DNA of 46,959 nucleotides from a virus. Lineage: Duplodnaviria; Caudoviricetes. This document shows, one piece after another, positions 26,274-31,426 of the stretch (its first letter is position 1; each line of letters starts with the position of its first letter). Below the pieces are notes generated by a model. That model did no database searches, was not told the origin of the DNA, and saw only the letters and a program-made list of their open reading frames with translations. The position numbers and the translations under genes are program-made. The stretch spans positions 1 to 46,959 of IMG/VR virus record IMGVR_UViG_3300036803_000051, one strand, 5' to 3'.

Positions 26274-26903
26274 CTATTCGGCTGAGGAAAGGGCGAGGCG
26301 GATGGTGGACTGGGCAACGCCGATCTGCCGGGCGATCGCGCGCCAGCTCAGACCCTGCTCCCGGAGTTCCTTCGCCAGGCCGCGGGGGAAGATCTTGCGG
26401 GGACGGTGCGAGGGCAGGTTCTTGTTGCTCTTGCTGTGCCGGGTCCTGCCGATCTCGCCCTTGGCATAGGCTCGATCGTACTCGGCCCGCCCGGCCATCG
26501 TGCGCTCTTTGATGATTTCGCGCTCCAGCTCCGCGAACGCACCGAGGATCTGGATGAAGAATCGGCCCATTGGCGATCGGTTGTCGGTGTCGATCGCCTG
26601 GGACGGGCACAAGAAGCGCACGCCGGCCGCGTCCAGCGTCTCGATGTTCTCGATGATGTGTTTCAGCGATCGCCCGAACCGATCGAGCTTCCAGACCAGC
26701 AGCACGTCAAAGCGGCGCATCCGGGCATCCGCCAGGAGCTTGGCCAGGATCGGGCGCTTACTGGCAGCTTTGCCGCTGGCAGTTTCGACGTATTCAGCCG
26801 GCGCCGGCCAGCCCATGCGATCGCAATAACCTCGAAGCTCCGTAAGCTGCATTTCGCAATTCTGGTCAACCGTCGAAACTCTGGCGTAGAGGGCACACTT
26901 CAT
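26274..26903 (-). CDS. Small serine recombinase (resolvase/invertase family)
   Basis: ALYARVST (catalytic Ser), VWKLDRFGRS, FAELEREIIKERT, C-terminal HTH GLSWRAIARQIGV. Confidence 0.95.
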   Translation of the reverse strand: MKCALYARVSTVDQNCEMQLTELRGYCDRMGWPAPAEYVETASGKAASKRPILAKLLADARMRRFDVLLVWKLDRFGRSLKHIIENIETLDAAGVRFLCPSQAIDTDNRSPMGRFFIQILGAFAELEREIIKERTMAGRAEYDRAYAKGEIGRTRHSKSNKNLPSHRPRKIFPRGLAKELREQGLSWRAIARQIGVAQSTIRLALSSAE

Positions 26904-26967
26904 CCCCTTCAGTTTCGGTTTGGAGCCCGCCGCGCGAATAGATGCCATTTGGTTAAGCTGATATACG

Positions 26968-27231
26968 ATGGATCGCATGCAGGAGTTGCTTGAGCAAAAC
27001 CGAGAGTTGAAGAAGCAACTCCTGGAACAGTGGGAGTTCAACCACTCCGAGCATTGCGGCAAGCCGATTCAGCCGTGGCCGCATGATGGCGAGTGCTACT
27101 GGCCTCTGCCGCCCGCGTTGCAGGCTATTTCTCCCAGTGAACTCTATTTGCTTCTTCTGACAACTTCGGGAGAATCCTTTGGACTTCACTCAGAATCTCC
27201 CCAAGCCGGAACTCCTGACCCCAAAACGTAA
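26968..27231 (+). CDS. Hypothetical protein
   Basis: WEFNHSEHC...WPH..EC.WP motif; 3' end overlaps the convergent gene. Confidence 0.5.
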   Translation: MDRMQELLEQNRELKKQLLEQWEFNHSEHCGKPIQPWPHDGECYWPLPPALQAISPSELYLLLLTTSGESFGLHSESPQAGTPDPKT

Positions 27232-27652
27232 GCACGCCCGTTGACGGGTAATAGTTCCGAAACATGTCTGTGGCCGCCACGCCGCCGATGAACCCCGGAG
27301 GGCCGACGTTGAGATCAACGTAATTTTTGCTGGCCGATTCCTTCCACCATTTATCGATCTTCTCGTCGAAGTGCTCGAAGTTGTTCCGCATCGTTACGCC
27401 CACCAGAGGCGAATCGTCCGCAACCCCGATACTCTCGCGCAGTTCCCTACGCTGTTCGCTGAACCTGCGGCTTTGGCCCCAAAGCGCCTTGGATACATTC
27501 GCAGCGGCATTTAAGAAATTCTGAATGGCGAAGAAGACGCCCTTTACGTCTGCGCGCTTAAGCGCAGCGTCCCCGTCGTTGGCCGCCAAGATTATGAATT
27601 CGCATTGCAATAAAACCTGCTGCTGAAACAACTGCAATAGCCTTCGCTCCAT
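27125..27652 (-). CDS. HEPN-like protein (possible RNase toxin or defence effector)
   Basis: 175 aa, all-helical, with RNNFEH (R-x4-H); TGATG-coupled to the Zn-ribbon gene. Confidence 0.55.
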   Translation of the reverse strand: MERRLLQLFQQQVLLQCEFIILAANDGDAALKRADVKGVFFAIQNFLNAAANVSKALWGQSRRFSEQRRELRESIGVADDSPLVGVTMRNNFEHFDEKIDKWWKESASKNYVDLNVGPPGFIGGVAATDMFRNYYPSTGVLTFWGQEFRLGEILSEVQRILPKLSEEANRVHWEK

Positions 27653-27828
27653 CACTTTCCCTTTTTCCCCTTCTTCGCGGGCGGCCTGCCCATCGGTAGC
27701 TTGCCTGCCGCAATGTCCCAGTGGTGCTCTTTGCACTTTGGGCAGCACTTCGGCCTTCCGGGCACGCGCTTAACCCACGCATAGCCGCATCGCAGGCAAT
27801 CGCAGACCATATTTTTCGGAATAGGCAT
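27652..27828 (-). CDS. 58-aa zinc-ribbon regulator with basic tail
   Basis: MPIPKNMVCDCLRCGYAWVKRVPGRPKCCPKCKEHHWDIAAGKLPMGRPPAKKGKKGK; absent from the ORF track. Confidence 0.8.
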   Translation of the reverse strand: MPIPKNMVCDCLRCGYAWVKRVPGRPKCCPKCKEHHWDIAAGKLPMGRPPAKKGKKGK

Positions 27829-27899
27829 ATTAACAATAATAACCTACTTTCTTGTTCCTGTCTGTTGACTAAGTGGCAGATGAATGATATGCTACTTAT
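27829..27899. promoter_or_regulatory. Divergent promoter / switch region
   Basis: Rightward TTGACT-17bp-(TG)aTATGCT 6 nt before ATG 27900; leftward TATTAT/TATTGT just before ATG 27828; AT-rich. Confidence 0.7.
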
Positions 27900-28103
27900 A
27901 TGAGAGCGATGATCGAAAACGAAATCAACCGGCAGCACGCCAAGGCCCTCGACGCCTTCTACCACCTGCCGGTGTGCAACAACTGCCACCAGCACGTAGA
28001 GGATCTGACGTACCTCACAGGCTGGGACTACAACGCCTGCGAGCAGTGCGCGGCGGAATGCGCCGGGATCGAAGCGATTGAAGCACAGCAGGAGGCCGCG
28101 TAA
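27900..28103 (+). CDS. Zn-finger protein (first rightward early gene)
   Basis: CNNC...CEQC. Confidence 0.7.
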   Translation: MRAMIENEINRQHAKALDAFYHLPVCNNCHQHVEDLTYLTGWDYNACEQCAAECAGIEAIEAQQEAA

Positions 28104-28262
28104 ATGGCGGACACCAAGTTAATCCAATCGCGCCTCGCGGAGCTCCGCGGCGAGTACCGCGACGAGCTGGAGGCCGCCCAGCCCTGCGCGGACGTGCTGG
28201 CGCACCTTGCCGCTACGATGAGCGCCCTGGAGTGGGTGCTCCAACCGGAGGGGGTCCGATGA
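28104..28262 (+). CDS. 52-aa hypothetical protein
   Basis: MADTKLIQSRLAEL...SALEWVL; GGAGG RBS. Confidence 0.65.
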   Translation: MADTKLIQSRLAELRGEYRDELEAAQPCADVLAHLAATMSALEWVLQPEGVR

Positions 28263-28405
28263 CAAGCAAGGTCGCCTGCAAGAAGAAGCAATGCCGCTGG
28301 TGGTTGTTGTGCCAGTCGAAGGCCGTTACGACCGCGATTCATCCGGTCCTCGGCAAGGTGCCGTGCTGCGCGGAGTGCGCGGCACAGGCGAAAGAGGGGA
28401 AGTGA
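28259..28405 (+). CDS. 48-aa Zn-finger microprotein
   Basis: CRWWLLC...HPVLGKVPCCAEC; coupled on both sides. Confidence 0.6.
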   Translation: MTSKVACKKKQCRWWLLCQSKAVTTAIHPVLGKVPCCAECAAQAKEGK

Positions 28406-29508
28406 TGGAAACGCTGGAACAGCAGTTGGAGGCGTCCCTTGAGTGGGCCGCGCAAAGGAGAAACGGAATGAAAACGAATGGAGTTGCCCAGGCCGGTGCT
28501 GAAACACCGGCCAGGGTGGAGGCTGAGTCCAATCAGCCCAGGTTACAACAGCAGACCAATTCTACTACGGAGCTTGACCGCTTCCTGCCGCTGTTGAATA
28601 TTGAGCAGGCAGTGGCGCGCCGCGAGATGATCGTGCAGGCCACGGCCCGGCTCATGAGCGACGGCGTGGACTTCGGCAAGATTCCGGGAACCGAGCGGCC
28701 CACGCTGCTTCAGCCAGGCGCAGATAAACTCTGCAACCTGTTCGGCCTGGTGATTTCCTACGAGATCACGCAAGCGGAAGAGGACTGGACCGGGGCGCGG
28801 CACGGCGGGGAGCCGTTTTTCTATTACAAGGTCACCAGCCGGGCGTACCGCGGCGACTACCTGATGGGAGAGGGCGTGGGCTCCTGCAATTCGTGGGAGT
28901 CGAAATACCGGTGGCGCAAGGCCGAGCGCGTTTGCCCGAAGTGCGGAAAGGAGAACATCCGCAAGTCGAAGCAGGATTCCGGCTGGTATTGCTGGACGAA
29001 ACTCGGCGGATGCGGCGCGACGTTCGCGGGCGGGGACAGGTCGATTGAAGGGCAGGAGGTCGGGCGGAAGCCGAACGGCGACGTGGCGGATGTGGTGAAT
29101 ACGGTCCTGAAGATGGCGTACAAGCGCGCGAAGGTGAGCTGCACGATCAACGCCACGTCAGCCAGCGAATTCTTCACGCAGGACGTGGAAGACGCCGGTA
29201 GCATCGACATCGGCCCGAACCAGATGGGCACGCAGGCCGCCGCTGATTTCGTGGCGCAGTCGAAGATCGCCGCTCACAAGCTGGCGCCCGCGTCGGCAAC
29301 CACGATCACGCCGCGGGTCTGGTCCAATCCGGGTGAGGAACGGAATGCCTTCTGGGCTTTCCGTCACTCGTTGACCACGCCGAAACTGGAAGCGGCCTTC
29401 GCCGAGTTGGGCATCCGCGACATGAAGCACCTCTTCGAACAGAGCGGGCAGCGGCGGCAGGAGATCTTCGCGTACCTGGAAAGCCTCGTGAAACAAGGGG
29501 TGGCCTGA
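28405..29508 (+). CDS. Putative single-strand annealing / recombination protein with Zn-ribbon insert
   Basis: PTLLQPGADKL, GEGVGSCNSWESKY, NTVLKMAYKRA, FTQDVED motifs; paired with Gp157. Confidence 0.65.
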   Translation: METLEQQLEASLEWAAQRRNGMKTNGVAQAGAETPARVEAESNQPRLQQQTNSTTELDRFLPLLNIEQAVARREMIVQATARLMSDGVDFGKIPGTERPTLLQPGADKLCNLFGLVISYEITQAEEDWTGARHGGEPFFYYKVTSRAYRGDYLMGEGVGSCNSWESKYRWRKAERVCPKCGKENIRKSKQDSGWYCWTKLGGCGATFAGGDRSIEGQEVGRKPNGDVADVVNTVLKMAYKRAKVSCTINATSASEFFTQDVEDAGSIDIGPNQMGTQAAADFVAQSKIAAHKLAPASATTITPRVWSNPGEERNAFWAFRHSLTTPKLEAAFAELGIRDMKHLFEQSGQRRQEIFAYLESLVKQGVA

Positions 29509-29509
29509 T

Positions 29510-30145
29510 ATGGCCGCCCTCACCGTTGTACCTTCGCCAGCGTCTTCCGCCGTCAGTTTGTATGCCATCCAGGAATCGCTGGCGGCCCTGGCTGACTCCG
29601 AGGCCCTTGTCCCTGCCGAAGAGCAGGAAGCATTCGCCGCGGAACTGAGAGCCACGCGAACGGCCGCCGCGGCGAAGGTGGACGCGGTTTCGCGGTTCCT
29701 GGCCCATGTCGAGTCTCAGGCGCAACTGGCCGCCGCGGAGATCGCCGCTCTACAGAAGCGGAAAGCCCTGTATGAACGCGCCTCCCGCCGGGTCAAGGCG
29801 CTGATCCTTCGCACGGTCCAGGCCCTCGGCCGGGATACGAAAGGGAAATGGCAGCGGTTGGAGGGCAACACCTCGACGCTGGCGATCAAGGGTTGCACGC
29901 AGGCCGTCGAGATCTCGGATGAAGCCGCGGTGCCGCTGCGCTTCAAGCGGACGACCGTAACCATGCCGGCGGAATTGTGGGAGAGGTTGGTAGACTCGCT
30001 GCCAATGGGCTTGGCGTGCGACGTGATGGATGCAGCCCGGCCGCGGGTGGAAGTGAGCCTCAGCGCGGTAAAGGCTGCGATTGATGCGAAGGAGACGGTT
30101 CCAGGCGCGGAACTCGGCGGCGGGTATTACGTGGCGAGGAAATAA
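29510..30145 (+). CDS. Siphovirus Gp157-family protein
   Basis: SLYAI, KVDAV, AAEIAALQKRK, VKAAI..ETVPGAEL motifs. Confidence 0.85.
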   Translation: MAALTVVPSPASSAVSLYAIQESLAALADSEALVPAEEQEAFAAELRATRTAAAAKVDAVSRFLAHVESQAQLAAAEIAALQKRKALYERASRRVKALILRTVQALGRDTKGKWQRLEGNTSTLAIKGCTQAVEISDEAAVPLRFKRTTVTMPAELWERLVDSLPMGLACDVMDAARPRVEVSLSAVKAAIDAKETVPGAELGGGYYVARK

Positions 30146-30147
30146 CC

Positions 30148-30306
30148 ATGCTAGACGACGATCTCAGCTATATCGGAGCACACATCCAAAGATGGGTGTT
30201 TCAGTATCTGGTCAGCAACACGAACATTGACCGGATCACGGCGGAACGGGTCGTGCGGGTGGCGGTGCTCGCGTTTATGCAGGCGCTGCAGAAGGAACTG
30301 AAGTGA
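30148..30306 (+). CDS. 52-aa hypothetical protein
   Basis: MLDDDLSYIGAHIQRWVFQYL...; GAGG RBS. Confidence 0.6.
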   Translation: MLDDDLSYIGAHIQRWVFQYLVSNTNIDRITAERVVRVAVLAFMQALQKELK

Positions 30307-30389
30307 GCGGAGCCTTCCAAATAAATTCGTAAACGACCTCAACACGGGCAATCCTAACTTCAGGCCGTACCAGATTCCACCCATCGCAG

Positions 30390-30417
30390 AACGCTGACGA
30401 TGATTTCCGCTGGCCTG
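30390..30417 (+). repeat. 28-bp direct repeat A, copy 1
   Basis: AACGCTGACGATGATTTCCGCTGGCCTG, identical to 31177-31204. Confidence 0.9.
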
Positions 30418-30431
30418 CAGCGGGCGCGCTG

Positions 30432-30451
30432 GATGGAACGGCAGGACAAGC
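30432..30451 (+). repeat. 20-bp direct repeat B, copy 1
   Basis: GATGGAACGGCAGGACAAGC, identical to 30667-30686. Confidence 0.9.
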
Positions 30452-30494
30452 GTGATCTTTGATGCAGGCGGCTTCGGGTGCGACGGAGAAATAT

Positions 30495-30659
30495 ATGACA
30501 GAACGTGAGCCAGGATTCTATTGGATCGAGGATGAGGGTTTGGATGAGGGCTGGGCGCCGGCAAGATGGGACGGCTCTTTGTGGTGGGGTATCGGCAGTG
30601 ATTCTCCTTTTAAGGATGTGAAGGGAAGAATCGGTCCGCGTATCGAAATTACCGGGTAG
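30495..30659 (+). CDS. 54-aa Trp-rich microprotein
   Basis: MTEREPGFYWI...WAPARWDG...IGPRI; GGAG RBS. Confidence 0.7.
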   Translation: MTEREPGFYWIEDEGLDEGWAPARWDGSLWWGIGSDSPFKDVKGRIGPRIEITG

Positions 30660-30666
30660 CTTGAAA

Positions 30667-30686
30667 GATGGAACGGCAGGACAAGC
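30667..30686 (+). repeat. 20-bp direct repeat B, copy 2
   Basis: Identical to 30432-30451. Confidence 0.9.
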
Positions 30687-30720
30687 TGGAAGAGAGATTG
30701 AGGAAGGAGGCGCAGTCGCG

Positions 30721-30963
30721 ATGATCGTCTGGGTATCCATCGTGGACAAGCACCGGCCAGCGGGCGATATGAACGTGGGCGCGTATGCGTTCGAGATCGA
30801 CTATCCCGCCGATTCGCATTTTGATTTCATGACGGTGGCGTGCCCGCCGGAAGCCGAGGCCGATGTGAGGCCGCTGCTGAACCGGCTGTTGAAGGAGAAA
30901 GATATCCCTGATCCCGTGACCGGATCCGGCAAACCCGTGCCGCCAAGGCGGAGGCGGCAATGA
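30721..30963 (+). CDS. Hypothetical protein
   Basis: 80 aa with AAGGAGG RBS. Confidence 0.6.
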   Translation: MIVWVSIVDKHRPAGDMNVGAYAFEIDYPADSHFDFMTVACPPEAEADVRPLLNRLLKEKDIPDPVTGSGKPVPPRRRRQ

Positions 30964-31184
30964 GCGACGAACTGACATACCTCATGATCAACGAATTGAT
31001 CGTTGACGCCACGCCAATCGGCGCGTATTGCATGGGCATGGCGCATTGCTCGTGCTGTCAGGCGGGCCTGCTCCCGACACGCGAGTTATTGCAGACCATG
31101 CGCGGCTGTGCCTCGGTCGCGGAGGGAGCGAAACAGCTATCCCTTTGGTTGCGGAGATTCGAGGCAGAGCCCTCGCAACGCTGA
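30960..31184 (+). CDS. Hypothetical protein
   Basis: 74 aa, ATGA-coupled; its stop lies inside repeat A copy 2. Confidence 0.55.
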   Translation: MSDELTYLMINELIVDATPIGAYCMGMAHCSCCQAGLLPTRELLQTMRGCASVAEGAKQLSLWLRRFEAEPSQR

Positions 31185-31204
31185 CGATGATTTCCGCTGG
31201 CCTG
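31177..31204 (+). repeat. 28-bp direct repeat A, copy 2
   Basis: Identical to 30390-30417. Confidence 0.9.
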
Positions 31205-31211
31205 AAGGCCG

Positions 31212-31358
31212 CTACCCCTTGCGGAGTCTGTAGATTGTCCAAAGTAAAAAGAGAGATCTCTTCTTAAAAGCAGGAAGATCCCACGCAAGGTTTTCCCAAA
31301 CTGGTCTTTCAGTCTCTAAATCAAATACCCAGATGTTTCTCTTAACACTTCTGGGCAT
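31212..31358 (-). CDS. 48-aa AT-rich microprotein
   Basis: MPRSVKRNIWVFDLETERPVWENLAWDLPAFKKRSLFLLWTIYRLRKG; open frame fills the AT-rich gap exactly; no SD, preceded by poly-A. Confidence 0.5.
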   Translation of the reverse strand: MPRSVKRNIWVFDLETERPVWENLAWDLPAFKKRSLFLLWTIYRLRKG

Positions 31359-31372
31359 GGTCTTTTTTTTTG

Positions 31373-31422
31373 TTTGGGACGATTGTAGCCGTCAGGTGCC
31401 AGTGAGGCCCTGATGGCTATTG
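31373..31422 (-). promoter_or_regulatory. Conserved 50-bp element 'Y', copy 2 (end of the late operon)
   Basis: 37/50 identity to 18721-18770; forms TAGCCGTCAGG/CCTGATGGCTA stem. Confidence 0.6.
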
Positions 31423-31426
31423 AGGG

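Noticed and set aside
30394-30440. Hammerhead ribozyme suggested by CTGACGA in repeat A
   Set aside because: No stem II followed by GAAA in either copy
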